Shown here piece by piece: positions 1-12,120 of a DNA stretch of 64,000 nt. The position numbers and the translations under genes were made by a program. Position 1 is the first letter of the stretch. The number at the start of each line of letters is the position of its first letter. Origin of the DNA: a cyanobacterium endosymbiont of Rhopalodia gibba. Lineage in GTDB: Bacteria; Cyanobacteriota; Cyanobacteriia; Cyanobacteriales; Microcystaceae. The DNA lies in assembly GCA_045159875.1 (NCBI GenBank), contig CP067995.1, forward strand, positions 544,001-608,000. Direction: 5' to 3'. The notes beneath the pieces were generated by a model. The model did no database searches. It was given only the letters and a program-made list of their open reading frames with translations, and was not told where the DNA came from.

Positions 1-1
1 T

Positions 2-502
2 ATCATAGGACCAGGAACTCTAATTGAAAATAGTAAAGTTGGTAAAAACGTAATAGTACTCTACTCGGTCATCATTGATAGTCAAGTGGCTGATGGATGT
101 CGTGTTGGACCTTATACACATTTGCGGGGTCAAGCTCGAGTGGGAGAGTCTTCTCGTATTGGTAATTTTGTAGAAATTAAAAAGTCAATCATCGGACAAA
201 AAACCAATGTGGCTCATCTTTCCTATCTGGGGGATGCAACTTTAGGAGAAAGAGTTAACGTGGGGGCCGGAACTATTACTGCTAACTATGATGGGGTGCA
301 AAAACATCCAACCATTATTGGTGATGGAACAAAAACTGGAGCTAACAGTGTGTTTGTGGCTCCAGTGACGCTAGGGGAAAATGTCACTGTAGCTGCGGGG
401 TCTGTTGTCACCGATAATGTACCCGATCAAGCGTTAGTCATTGCTCGGGAACGGCAGCGAATTATTAAGGATTGGAAAATGAGTATTAAGAAGAAAAATT
501 AG
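2..502 (+). CDS. glmU: Bifunctional UDP-GlcNAc pyrophosphorylase/glucosamine-1-P acetyltransferase, 3' part (starts before the window)
   Basis: Frame open from position 2; left-handed beta-helix motifs [29 protein letters not shown]. Confidence 0.95.
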   Translation: MIGPGTLIENSKVGKNVIVLYSVIIDSQVADGCRVGPYTHLRGQARVGESSRIGNFVEIKKSIIGQKTNVAHLSYLGDATLGERVNVGAGTITANYDGVQKHPTIIGDGTKTGANSVFVAPVTLGENVTVAAGSVVTDNVPDQALVIARERQRIIKDWKMSIKKKN

Positions 503-1330
503 TAATTTATTGTCCTCTATGAGATAAATAATAACTGACATAAAATTACTTGGGCTAGAATCTCTACTTTTTACTTATAAGTAGTTGGGCATCAATAAAC
601 AACACAATGCCGAGAAATTGCAGTAGAGTGAGTAGATTATCAACTTATCATAAAAAAACTAAGAGTATTCCAGCGTAATAAGCCAAAATAAAGCTTAAAA
701 TCAATATAACATGGATACTGGTAAATGTAAGTTTCATAGTTATTTCTACCTGGTTGAATAAGATTTAGTCTTTTTTGTTTAATTGTTAGTTGATCGACTT
801 TGCCAGATTTCTAATTCTTAACAATAAATCTCTTCGCTTCTAAACTATTCAATGCTGAAGATCATTTAATGACGTCTATCACTACTATCATCAATTCGTA
901 TTTATCTTCCAACATCCTAGCGGCTAATTTAGCCTTTTTTATTCTTTACTATTCTTACTTAATTATTTTGAATTTTTGGGAATAAGTATACAAAAAATGT
1001 GTAAATACGACTTTCTTTGTCTTTTATACTGTACTTTTATCGCGGAAAAAACATAAATAAGTCCATGCTTTTCGAGAATCATTGTTATTTTACAAGATTT
1101 TTTCAATCTTTTTTAAATTTTGTCATCTTACTAGTTCATTAATTTAATAATATTGAGTAAGTAGTTTTTAATAAATATCAAAAAAAATTTATCTCTAATA
1201 TTTAAGCAGTTAAAGTTGAATTTTTTTTGTACTGCTTTAATTTTTTATGAAAAAATCAATTTTGGTTGTGAAAACCAACTTCTAATAAAAAAGAAACAAT
1301 CTAGATAAAAACGATTCCTTGAAAAGCTTA

Positions 1331-1376
1331 TTTAGCTCCACATATTAGTTTGATCAAACTAATATGTGGAGCTAAA
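1331..1376. repeat. 46-bp perfect palindrome with no spacer
   Basis: tttagctccacatattagtttga|tcaaactaatatgtggagctaaa; the arms are exact reverse complements. Confidence 0.95.
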
Positions 1377-1480
1377 AAGTCAAAATTCTATTGCTGTGAC
1401 ACCCTAGTGTAGGGAAATTACTCAAGGGGAGAAAGTCTATAGCTTTTGTGGAGTGTAGAAATTAGTTTTCTTTCAAAGGA

Positions 1481-1921
1481 TTATGAAGGCAGAATTTTAT
1501 CATTTTGATTAAATAACTCAAATACTTGACGACAGAAACATTTAAGCCTTTCCTCTACATCTGCGACTGGTCGATAATTTCCCTCAGATTGCCAATCATA
1601 CACTGTTGACAGTCGCCAGGCCAGGCCTTGATGATTAAAGGCTGTTGCATCGACTCCAACTAATTTTTCGAAGTTATCTACGGGATCTTGATGAAAACGA
1701 ATTTGTACCAACAAACTACGACTTTGGAAACGGGGACTCCATCCAGGTAAATGGAACCCAATGTCAATGGAATTGGGATCGACTAATTCAATCGTATCAG
1801 GGTCATTATACCAAGGTTTAAGATCTGCTTTTGCATCGGGAAAATGCGACTTAAATAGATGGACAATGACTGCAATCTTAGTAGCCACTTCTAGTCCTTG
1901 TGCTTTTTCCGACGCGTTCAT
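1481..1921 (-). CDS. Conserved cyanobacterial hypothetical protein
   Basis: Intact ORF; ATG start MNASEKA at 1921 preferred over the ORF-track start; DPNSIDIGFH motif recalled from cyanobacterial hypotheticals. Confidence 0.7.
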   Translation of the reverse strand: MNASEKAQGLEVATKIAVIVHLFKSHFPDAKADLKPWYNDPDTIELVDPNSIDIGFHLPGWSPRFQSRSLLVQIRFHQDPVDNFEKLVGVDATAFNHQGLAWRLSTVYDWQSEGNYRPVADVEERLKCFCRQVFELFNQNDKILPS

Positions 1922-2109
1922 AGTGTAATTTCCTCTCACATATAGATAGACCAACAGATTTTAACTAGGTCTTAGATAGCAAATTTAATAAATAAATTTG
2001 CTCTATTCTATGCCACGATTTTAATAAGTTTCTCTATAGATAATGACGACAAAATTAAAAGTTCATGACAGAGCATTTCCTGACGACTGATTTTCCTGAG
2101 TAATTTTAT

Positions 2110-2866
2110 CAGGAGGTTTTCCTACTCTAATGATACTGAAAAACCCTCTGTTATTCTTCTCCATGGAGGACTTTCCCACAGCTATACTTACTTAGCGAGA
2201 GATAATGCCTCCTTTAGCGAAAAAAGACTTTCTAATAATAGCCCCTGATTAAATTAGTTTTGGAGAATCTGCTATCCCTAGATAGGGGAAAGTTTACCTA
2301 TGCCCTCTAACTTAATAGTTAGGCGTTAGAAGTGTTTATTGAAGTCTTAGTAGATCTTAAGCCATGATCTATGCATCGTCCAAGGTTTTCTAGTCTAAGT
2401 AGAAATATAATATGCCTTTGCTCATCTTAGGCAAATTGATTGTCTGATCATATTAAATACTCCCATGTCACCCGATATAAAATTACCATAGATCATGAAA
2501 CAGTAGAAGATTACTCTTGTAGTGAATTTAGTGACTCACAATCTTAATAATTGTCGATCAAAATCTTGATAAAAGAAGTAAGTTTATTGTTTCTAATAAA
2601 AAATTTGCAATATATCGACAACCGTAAAAGTTCGGCTAATGATAGCTATTCAAAAAAGGGTTAATATTTGGGGTGATTGTCTTGTCACCTTAATTGTTTG
2701 GGGGATGGCTGCTCCCTGACTATTTTTAGAGGTTTCCAAAAGCTTAGCAGTTGCTTATGATATCGTGGGATTGCTAAATACCGATGATGCTAAACACTAT
2801 TTCCAAAAACATTGAGTGCAAGAAGTGAGCAATCCAATTGTAAACTTTTCATTCCGTCAGGCTTGA
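2110..2866 (+). pseudogene. Alpha/beta-fold hydrolase pseudogene
   Basis: Fragments with stops and frameshifts: EKPSVILLHG, IAPD*ISFG, IVQGFL, LIILNTP, LIVWGMA, AKHYFQKH*. Confidence 0.8.
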
Positions 2867-2927
2867 TAAAGGATCTGATTATTAGAAAAAGCAATAAACG
2901 AGTTTAATTGTGAATAGTAGCAATAGA

Positions 2928-3317
2928 ATGATGTCAAGTATTAGGTCGATTTTATCGATGCTCTTGATGCTCTTGATGCTCTTGATGCTCTTGATGCTCG
3001 TGACCGTTTTTTAGCGAGTTGTAGTGGTCCTCAAGCGTCTATTCTCACCACCTGTTCCCTTATAAAAAATTGAACAACTGCAAGTTTTGATTAAACTGAT
3101 TGTAGAAACGTGGGGAAAAATGTCAATTTAAAAAGATTTTATCTCTGACCTAAATTGGATAGATACCCGAACTTATATTCATTGACCTTGAAGCACACTT
3201 GGGCAACAGATATTAATGCAGCGGGCAGCGGCTAGAAATTTTAATGGATTTGCCGCTAAAACCCAATATTATCAAGCTGTTGGGAACTTTGATACTTTCT
3301 TGTTTCTGATTTCTTAA
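2928..3317 (+). pseudogene. psbQ: Photosystem II extrinsic lipoprotein PsbQ (CyanoQ) pseudogene
   Basis: MSSIRSILS..., lipobox FLASC (frameshifted), KIEQLQVL, NWIDTRTYIH*P, QYYQAVGNFDTFL; lies upstream of an FAD oxidoreductase as recalled for cyanobacterial psbQ. Confidence 0.85.
2957..3001 (+). repeat. 9-bp tandem repeat (gatgctctt)x4 plus one variant copy
   Basis: Directly visible; lies in the psbQ signal-peptide region. Confidence 0.95.
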
Positions 3318-3440
3318 TGTAATTAAGTTAGTTAATGTATAACAGTTAATAGTAGTCGGTTATCCTCTTTTACTCCTTGACATACTAATCACTTTTTTAT
3401 ACTATTAACTGTTAACTTCGTCCTTTGTTTTTCAGTAAAA

Positions 3441-4541
3441 ATGACTCATATAGCTATTATTGGAGCAGGCGTTATCGGAGCAGCAATTGCTTATGAATTG
3501 AGTTTAGTTAAAGGGTTAAGAATTACCTTAATTGATAAACAAGTCTCTGCTTCGGGTTCTACGGGAGCAGCATTGGGGGTTTTAATGGGGATTCTTAGCA
3601 GTAAAACAAAGGGAAGAGGCTGGAAACTTCGTCAAACTAGTCTAGAACGTTACAAAACTCTAATTTCTGAATTAGAAATCCTCACCAAACAAAATATTCC
3701 TGTCAATCATCAAGGAATTTTGATGTTAAGGTTTGCAGAAGAACCGATAGGAGAATGGGAAAAACTAATAACAATTCGTCGGTCTCAAGGTTATGATTTA
3801 GAAATCTGGGATCAAGAAACTCTAAATAGAAAATGTCCTCACATTGATAATCATAGAATTATTGGTGCAATTTATTCCCCTCAAGATTTGCAAATTAATC
3901 CCCAAAAATTAACACAAGCTTTAGTTAAAGGAGCTTCTATCAACGGGGTTGACTGTAAGTTTGGAGTTGAGGTTAAAAATATTATTTATGATAGCTTAAA
4001 GGACTCAAATATCCGCCAATGTCATCAAATTCAAACCACAGAAGGTAATTTAGAAATCGATAAGTTAGTTATAGCTGCTGGGTTGGGCTCAACTCCCTTG
4101 ACTATTACGTCTAGTCAACCTCTAGACATCCGACCAGTTTTAGGTCAAGCATTACAAATTAAGCTGGATAAACTGCTAGGAAATAAAGACTTTCAACCGG
4201 TAATCACAGGTAACGATGTTAACATTATTCCATTAGGAAATGGGGAATATTGGATCGGTGCAACGGTAGAGTTTCCTAACGAAATGGAAGAGATTATTTC
4301 AAATCCAGAATTTCTAGAAAAAGTTAAACAACAAGCAATTAGTTTTTGTCCTACTTTACAAGATGCTAAAGTCATAAAAACTTGGTTTGGAAAACGTCCT
4401 CGTCCCCAAGGTGAACCGGCTCCAGTTATTAGAGAGCTGCCTCATTATGATAATGTTTTATTAGCTACTGGACATTATCGGAATGGGATTTTATTAGCAC
4501 CAGCAACCGCATTAGCTATTCGAGAATATTGGTTTGGCTGA
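3441..4541 (+). CDS. FAD-dependent oxidoreductase, glycine oxidase/D-amino acid oxidase family
   Basis: GAGVIG Rossmann motif, STGAALG, GKRPRP, ATGHYRNGILLAPATA. Confidence 0.9.
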   Translation: MTHIAIIGAGVIGAAIAYELSLVKGLRITLIDKQVSASGSTGAALGVLMGILSSKTKGRGWKLRQTSLERYKTLISELEILTKQNIPVNHQGILMLRFAEEPIGEWEKLITIRRSQGYDLEIWDQETLNRKCPHIDNHRIIGAIYSPQDLQINPQKLTQALVKGASINGVDCKFGVEVKNIIYDSLKDSNIRQCHQIQTTEGNLEIDKLVIAAGLGSTPLTITSSQPLDIRPVLGQALQIKLDKLLGNKDFQPVITGNDVNIIPLGNGEYWIGATVEFPNEMEEIISNPEFLEKVKQQAISFCPTLQDAKVIKTWFGKRPRPQGEPAPVIRELPHYDNVLLATGHYRNGILLAPATALAIREYWFG

Positions 4542-4898
4542 GCCTGTCATGTAAAACTAATACTTTAAGAGAAGCGAATAGAAAATAGGAAATATTTAAT
4601 TTGTTTTAAACAAATTTAAAAAAATTTACCTTAAAAGCCTCTATGACTGAAATCAGTATGGATAGTCAAGGAGTCAAAATAGACATTAATTTTTTTACTT
4701 TGAAAATAACATAAAATTATACAATTAGCTTCTATATTAGAAGACCAGAAAATCTTAGAATATAAACAAATAATTATTACATTAATTAATTTGATTCTCT
4801 ACTTGATCGATTTGGAAAATTATACAACATTCAACAACTTCAAAAGTATAGGTAAGACAAATTAAATACTATAAACAATACTCATGAACACACAAACG

Positions 4899-5645
4899 TT
4901 AAATAAACTGACTCCACCCCCAAGCGGCAACAATAGCGACAAACGCTCCAATAAAAGTATTTAAAATATTCACAACTTCATTAGTCATCCAGTCTAATTT
5001 TTCCTGTAAAGTTGCCCCAATCAAACTTTCTAAACTAGTAGCAATAAAAGCAGAGAAAATACACCAAAACACTCCCGCTAGATTAATTAAGGCAATCCCC
5101 CAAGCTAATAAAGCAATTACTCCAGAAGCAATCACTCCTGCTAAAGTTCCCTCAAAACTGACGGCCCCTTCAGTTCCCCGTGGCACAGGTTTTAAGGTAG
5201 TAATTAAGAATGTGCTTTTCCCATAAGCTTTTCCTACTTCAGAAGCAGTTGTATCAGAAAGTTTAGTACTAAAACTAGCAACATATCCTAAGATCAATAA
5301 TTGTCGCCAAGAAGAATCAGAAGATAAAGTCATCAAGGCACAAAATATAGCTATTAATGCTGACCCCCAAACATTTTCTGGACCTCGCATTCCTGACCGT
5401 TTTTCAGCAATTCCTGCTGCTTCTTTTTCTGCTATTCCGATGCGGGTTACTACTGAACCCATTAAGAAATAAAACATAACGACGGTGTAACCTTGCCATC
5501 CGAGTGTTCCCCAAACTAAAACCCCTAATACCCAAGCATGGAGGTATCCAGCAGTAGTCAATAATTTTTTAGGGACAATAAAGGCAATGATAATTAAAAA
5601 TGAGTTTAGACAATTAGCAATGAACCAAGGGTTTGTAATTTCCAT
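4899..5645 (-). CDS. DUF92/TIGR00297 membrane protein (VTE6/TMEM19-like)
   Basis: RGPENVWGS, KLSDTTASEVGKAYG, GTEGAVS; several TM segments. Confidence 0.9.
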   Translation of the reverse strand: MEITNPWFIANCLNSFLIIIAFIVPKKLLTTAGYLHAWVLGVLVWGTLGWQGYTVVMFYFLMGSVVTRIGIAEKEAAGIAEKRSGMRGPENVWGSALIAIFCALMTLSSDSSWRQLLILGYVASFSTKLSDTTASEVGKAYGKSTFLITTLKPVPRGTEGAVSFEGTLAGVIASGVIALLAWGIALINLAGVFWCIFSAFIATSLESLIGATLQEKLDWMTNEVVNILNTFIGAFVAIVAAWGWSQFI

Positions 5646-5884
5646 CTTAATTTAAGAGTTAATGTTAATAATTAATGGTTGATTAATTTAATGAAATTTA
5701 ACTTTTTTTACGAATAAAGTTTTTCCATAAACAGCTTCAGTCTGACAATAAAATAAAATTGAAACATTTAAATAACCTTCTTTGATTTTTCCCTAAGTTT
5801 TATTTTTTATTTTTAGTGTCATCCGGCAATATTAACTTGAATTAAAGTATTTTTTCCAAATTACTATAGTTTTTTGATAATCTG

Positions 5885-5933
5885 GAATCTCTATTTGAGA
5901 GCTCACTAAAAATAATCTCTCAAATAGAGATTC
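5885..5933. repeat. 17-bp perfect inverted repeat with 15-nt spacer
   Basis: gaatctctatttgagag ... ctctcaaatagagattc. Confidence 0.9.
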
Positions 5934-7806
5934 TACCTTATTATTAGGTTTAAGTTTTAGGTTGGGATAATTAATTGGAAAATATTCTCCATATTTTTTC
6001 AAAAAATTAAGTCACTTGACTTTTAATGTTTTTTATGCACAAAAAAGTTTACTGAGACTACACCTCCCGTATTTAAACCATCATCAATTGAGCATAAATT
6101 TCCTGAACTGTGGCTGTAAATTTCTAATTAATAATCCTTGAGGTAGATTATACCTAGTGACTTTAGTACGAGAATAAACCCCAAAGATATAACAGCTTAT
6201 CTTGATTGTTTAACTTTACTGTCCAAAAATTAGCAATACTATCTGTTATTTCAGTACAAACAATACAATTTTGAGTTAGATAAAACTGTTTAAGCATAGT
6301 TAATTTCAATATTACTATCGATACTATTGTAGGTTAAAAATAAAGAATAACTAACTGAATCTAACTATTTTGGTTGATCGGAGTAATAGAAATTTTATGG
6401 ATAATATTTATTTTTTTTAAAAAAATAATATCTAATAAGTTCTATTTTAGAGACAACATAAATTAATATCAATTACAACTGATTTACTTAGGGCTAAAAA
6501 ATTGAATCTTTAACCCTAATCAAATCTATTTTAAGAGTTTAATGAACCTAGAGATAATACTAAAAATTCAAAAATTGCTAGCAGTATTTTTTACTTTCTA
6601 AAATAGATATATTAATAGAGATTTTTTTAAAAAAAGCACTATTTCTGACATATGATTAATATCAATAGCACTAATTCTATAACTTATTTTAATGACGACT
6701 TTTGAGATAAGATAATATAAGTTATTCTACCACTGTTGCTTTAGCTATATATTAACAGTCTTTTTTTAAAAAAAATTAACTTCTTCAATGATTATTTATT
6801 ATCAATTAATAAAAATTGTTTTTATGCCAGATATTTAAATACTTATCACTAAATAAAATATTAGTGAAATAAGTGAGAGTACAGTTTATAAACAAATAAC
6901 TTAGAGCATCGAAGATAATCCTTTCATGATTGAAATATAAATTATTAAGGAGTTTACATAGATACAAAATTATTAATTTTTTAGTTTTATCAGCTAGACT
7001 AGCTTGTTCTTTAAGTAGATGAATTTAAATAAATTTTAAATAAAAAAAGTTTTTAAAAAAAGTATTTTTTATGTGTCAGCAGGCTTAAAAATTAAGTTAA
7101 TAAATTTAGAAAAATATGCACTACTGCAGTTATTTTTTGAATATAAAATTATCTCTACAACGAAAAGAAAAGTATAGCTCTTATGTAAAAATATAAGAGA
7201 ATAAAAAATCAAAAATATGCAATTTTTATCTAAATTATTTAGGCTAAAAAAATATAAAATTTACTGAAAGATTTTTATAAAAGAATAAAATAACTTATCA
7301 ATAGTTAAAAATCATTTAAACTCTTAAAATATTTAAATAAACTCCCAGAATAATTCGTAATATTTTAAATTAGTACAAGAATTTATTCTCCATATTTGAG
7401 AAAAAGAACGCTAAGAAAGTAAATTTAAAAATGTTGCATTATTTGGAAAATAATTAAATTTTCAGGCTATTATACTTATATAAAGTAAATTTTAATTTAT
7501 GGAATTTAGTAAGTTATCCTTATATCCAAGTTGAAAAGTGGAAGTTAGTTACACAGAGTATAAAAAAGAAACTCGACTAAATATAATAAGAATATACAAA
7601 CCAGATAAAAGTTTTAATTATGTGTTATTAACAGGCAATTTCTTTTAAAACCTTTATAAAGATTTTATTGGAAAAAATAAATAAACCTCTTTCTTTTACA
7701 AAGACAAAAGACTATATACAGTCATTATTATTGATAATAACTCAGTAAATACAAGTAATTTATTTGAATTTAAACTAAAATAATAGGGAATAAAAAATTA
7801 CTATTA

Positions 7807-7834
7807 TAATTTAATTTAATTTAATTTAATTTAA
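7807..7834. repeat. (taatt)n microsatellite, about 5.5 copies
   Basis: taatttaatttaatttaatttaatttaa. Confidence 0.85.
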
Positions 7835-8481
7835 GCATTACAAATTTAGATTTAATTGCTTAAATATAGAGATACAAAATAATTTATTTTTGGAAAGTTT
7901 ATTTAGAGGTACGCACTTAGGTAAGTATTGATAAATCAAAAAATAGGTTTGATTCCAGAAAAATATATTCTATATTAGATTGATCCTAACTTTAGATACC
8001 ATATTGTTAGTTTAAAATTTTATTATTTTATTTTTATTTTAATGATTTATCACAATTCAGTATTAACTGTTTATATTATTAATAAATTTATTAGTCAACT
8101 CCATAACTAAGATTGATAAACAAGAAAAAATACAGAAAAATAACAAATAAACTAGAAAACCTGGCCTATTCTCTAAATTACGGACTTTTATTAAAGCCTT
8201 TATTGAAAGACAGGAAAAACAATTGTCCAGTGTTTAAGATTATATATAACCTACAGGTGAAGTAAGTATTGCTTTATTAATACATAACTTCTATTTTATG
8301 TAGTTTTAGTTTGTACTTAAATACAAATTGCAAATACTTTAAGACTGTATTAATCTGTATCAGATTACAGCGTTTTTATAATTAAAATAATAACAAATAA
8401 ATACAAAGCGGTCCTTTAACGGAATAAATTACTAGACTAGAAACCCACAATTTTTGTGCAAAAATCGGTCTCGCTTTGCGC

Positions 8482-8510
8482 ATAATACTACACTAAAATT
8501 CTTGCCGCAA
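8482..8510 (-). promoter_or_regulatory. Sigma70-type promoter candidate TTGCGG-N17-TATTAT
   Basis: Minus strand ttgcgg caagaattttagtgtag tattat gcgc; 17-nt spacer and GC-rich discriminator. Confidence 0.5.
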
Positions 8511-8531
8511 AAAAGGTGGACATCGTCCACC
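8509..8531 (-). terminator. Intrinsic terminator of typA
   Basis: ggtggac-atc-gtccacc hairpin with a U-tract on the minus strand, about 30 nt after the typA stop. Confidence 0.7.
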
Positions 8532-8563
8532 CTAGATCATTTTAAGTATTTTAAGTTTGTAAT

Positions 8564-10357
8564 TTAACGGTTGGCTAATTTTTTAGTTTTTACCTTCCGT
8601 AGACGAATAGATTCAGGCGTTACTTCTACTAATTCATCAGCCCCAATATATTCTAATGCCCGTTCTAAACTCATTTCTTCGGGGGCTTGTAATTGGACTA
8701 ATTCATCTCCAGTCGCAGAACGATGGTTGGTCAATTGCTTGGTTTTGCAGACGTTTAATTCCACATCTTGAGGACGGTTACTTTCTCCAATAATCATTCC
8801 TTTATATACTTTGGTTCCAGGGGTTATAAAAAAGATACCGCGATCTTCGGCATTTTTCAAAGCATAGAATGTTGCAACTCCTTCTTCAAAAGAAGTAATC
8901 ACTCCGTTGTAACGAATTCCTAAATCTCCAGAAATGGGACGATATTCCAAGAAACTATGGTTCATAATCCCCTCACCGCGTGAGATACGGATGAAGTCTC
9001 CACGAAACCCAATTAAACCTCGGGCTGGAACCACAAATTCTAATTGAGTTCGTCCGTTGATTCCAGTTTGCATATCTTTCATTTCCCCTTTACGTTGTCC
9101 TAAGCGTTCAATACAAGAACCAACTGCTTGTTCAGGAATATCCAATACCAAATATTCAAAGGGTTCACAGGGTTGGCCATTCACTTCCCGATAGATAACT
9201 TGGGGTTGGGAGACTTGGAATTCATAGCCTTCCCGACGCATGGTTTCAATTAAGATACCGAGGTGTAATTCTCCCCGTCCGGATACCTCAAATTTATCAG
9301 GGGACTCGTTGTCTTCAACTCGTAAAGCAACATTGGTTTCTAATTCTCGCATTAAGCGATCACGGATTTGTCGTGAGGTAACATAAGTTCCTTCTTGGCC
9401 AGCAAAAGGAGAGTCGTTGACAGAAAAGGTCATTTGTAGGGTAGGTTCGTCAACTTTAATTAAAGGTAAAGCCTGGGGTTGATTGGGACAGGTCAAAGTT
9501 TCCCCAATATTAGCATCTGCAAATCCAGCCACTGCCACAAGATTACCAGCACTCGATTCTTCAAGTTCTACCCGTTGCAGCCCTTCGAACCCGAGTAATT
9601 TACTAATCTTTCCTTTAACCATACTGCCATCTTCTTTCATCAAAGCCGCTTGTTGGCCTGCTTTAATCACCCCATTATGAATGCGACCAATAATGATCCG
9701 CCCTAGATACTCAGAATAGTCCAGGGTAGTAACTTGTAATTGTAAGGTTTTAGTAGGATCGCCAGCCGGTGGGGGGATATGGTTTAAAATTGCTTGAAAT
9801 AGCGGTTTCATGTCTACCCCTTCATCTTCTAAGCTATTTTTGGCAAAACCGGATAAACCCGAGGCAAACAGGGTCGTAAAATCGCATTGATCATCATCTG
9901 CACCAAGTTCCACGAACAGATCGAAGACTTTATCTACAGCAATATTGGGGTCAGCTTGGGGACGGTCAATTTTATTAACGACTACAATGGGACGTAACCC
10001 CTTTTCTAAGGCTTTTTTGAGAACAAAACGAGTTTGGGGCATTGGCCCCTCATTGGCGTCCACAATTAAAATACAGCCATCTACCATTCCTAAAACCCGT
10101 TCCACTTCTCCCCCAAAGTCTGCGTGACCAGGGGTATCTACAATGTTAATTAGGGTGTCTTCATAGCGAACTGCTGTGTTTTTTGACAAAATGGTGATTC
10201 CTCGTTCCCTTTCTAGGGCATTGGAGTCCATTACACAGTCTGGGATCTCTTCCCCTTCGCGGAAGATACCGGACTGTTTGAGAAGGGCATCAACCAGGGT
10301 GGTTTTACCGTGATCGACGTGGGCGATAATGGCAACGTTACGGATGGGAAGAGACAT
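8564..10357 (-). CDS. typA: Translational GTPase TypA/BipA
   Basis: [40 protein letters not shown]; 597 aa. Confidence 0.98.
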   Translation of the reverse strand: MSLPIRNVAIIAHVDHGKTTLVDALLKQSGIFREGEEIPDCVMDSNALERERGITILSKNTAVRYEDTLINIVDTPGHADFGGEVERVLGMVDGCILIVDANEGPMPQTRFVLKKALEKGLRPIVVVNKIDRPQADPNIAVDKVFDLFVELGADDDQCDFTTLFASGLSGFAKNSLEDEGVDMKPLFQAILNHIPPPAGDPTKTLQLQVTTLDYSEYLGRIIIGRIHNGVIKAGQQAALMKEDGSMVKGKISKLLGFEGLQRVELEESSAGNLVAVAGFADANIGETLTCPNQPQALPLIKVDEPTLQMTFSVNDSPFAGQEGTYVTSRQIRDRLMRELETNVALRVEDNESPDKFEVSGRGELHLGILIETMRREGYEFQVSQPQVIYREVNGQPCEPFEYLVLDIPEQAVGSCIERLGQRKGEMKDMQTGINGRTQLEFVVPARGLIGFRGDFIRISRGEGIMNHSFLEYRPISGDLGIRYNGVITSFEEGVATFYALKNAEDRGIFFITPGTKVYKGMIIGESNRPQDVELNVCKTKQLTNHRSATGDELVQLQAPEEMSLERALEYIGADELVEVTPESIRLRKVKTKKLANR

Positions 10358-12120
10358 AGATAATGAAATGGTAAAAAAGTTTAGAAATGTTACTATAGAT
10401 TTCTTAACGACTCTAGCTTACATGATTATAGTAGCAGTCAGCTAAGTTTTAGGAAATAGACAATAAGCAATCGGTAATAAATTATAGTAGAATTAATTTA
10501 GATTTAGGATACAGAAGAGACATAATAATAGGGCTTTATCATTGAGAATAATGGCTCTCTTCGGGAAAAAAATTATTTCATCTGCCGCTATTTATGAAAA
10601 ACTGTAACGAGCTTGATTGTTAGTAACTAATTTTTTGCAAGAAATGTTAACTCTAACGTATTTTCACTTAAAAATTAAAAATAATAGCTATGTTTTTAGA
10701 TCTTGTCGAACTTACGTCAACTTAAGACTGGATAAAAATTAAAAAAATATAGCTCGGGTTAAATAGTTGTTAGTCAACTTTAATATAATAAATTTTTTCT
10801 AAACCTAAACCATGAAATTGTACTGGACTAATAAAACTGTAAGGCAAAAAAGTTACATAGAACCTATTTGAAATATTATTAGTAATAATATTTAGCAAGG
10901 TTTATTTTTGAATTAAATTATGTTAAATTCAACACTCTCATTTAATTTGTATCTATAGCATCAAATGTCTAACTCGGTTTCATGAAGAAAATTTTCAATG
11001 TAGTGATTTTAATTTCAATCGATTAAAGTAAAGACTCCTAAAATATTAGTTGCACTAAAAAGTGCAGATCTATCCTATAGATGGTTTCACTGAAATTATA
11101 TAAAATAGTAATAAAACCAATCAATATGATTCTACAATTTAAAATGTTTTTCGAGTTATTAATCGTATTTTTAGTTATATAATATCTAACTATTTTTTCA
11201 TAGTTAAGCCAAGGATAATCTCCTTCAATTGAAGCTGAATAACTTAATATTATGGAGTAATTAATCGCTAAAATAAGATAATGATGCTACTTTACACAAA
11301 ATAAGTACTTGCTTACACACAAAAATAGGAATTAAAGTTAATATTACTACCATGTATAGCTTGCGACAATAACTTTATTTAGTTTGAGAGTAAACACTTC
11401 ATATATTAAGAAGTTTACACAGATAAAATGAAAAATTTGAGACATAAATATTCGAAGATACTTGGATAGCTCAAACTCTAAGGTTTAATTTTTTTTAAAA
11501 AAACTGAAATTTGCCTAGCTATAACTATCTATTTTGCTAAAGGAACTCAAGGAAAAAGAGTTGATATCAACTTTTTTTTGATTTTTTTTGATTTTTAACT
11601 ATGAATAGATAAAAGCATTTTCTTACTTATAAAATCAAAAAATTAATGTTATAAATATAGCCATAAGTTTACATAGCTATGAATAATTTACCATTTAATA
11701 TCAATAAAAAAACAGAACTAATAGAATCTACAAGAGTAGAAGTAATATCTTTATTTTATTATTTTGCCAATTTAAAATCCGTTGAAAAGTGTCTGCAAAA
11801 AAGATAATAAATATTGGTCAACTAAATAATTATGTAATTCTGTAAATATCAATAAAACTATCAATAAAAAAATTAGCTTAGCAAATAATGAAGATATGAC
11901 TGGCTAGTTTACCTAACTGCTGTTATTATGAGCTACCTAATTGAAAATCTCTATAATTCCTAATCTAGTAGAAATAAAAATAACTTATTGAATATGATAT
12001 TAATCTCCTCCCAGGCTCACAAAGGTAAACTTCATCTCTATGAGAAACGTAGTATGATTAAATCATCATCGTTTGTCAAGCATTACTTATTAATTGATAT
12101 CAGGAGAAAGTTTTCATTTT

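Noticed and set aside
2957..3001. Tandem repeat as a CRISPR array
   Set aside because: 9-bp head-to-tail units with no spacers and no cas genes in the window
8571..10127. Short plus-strand ORFs inside typA, and similar antisense ORFs in pyrF, ndhK, the radical SAM gene, modB, hesA, nifN, nifE, nifK
   Set aside because: Shadow ORFs opposite well-supported genes, with no motifs
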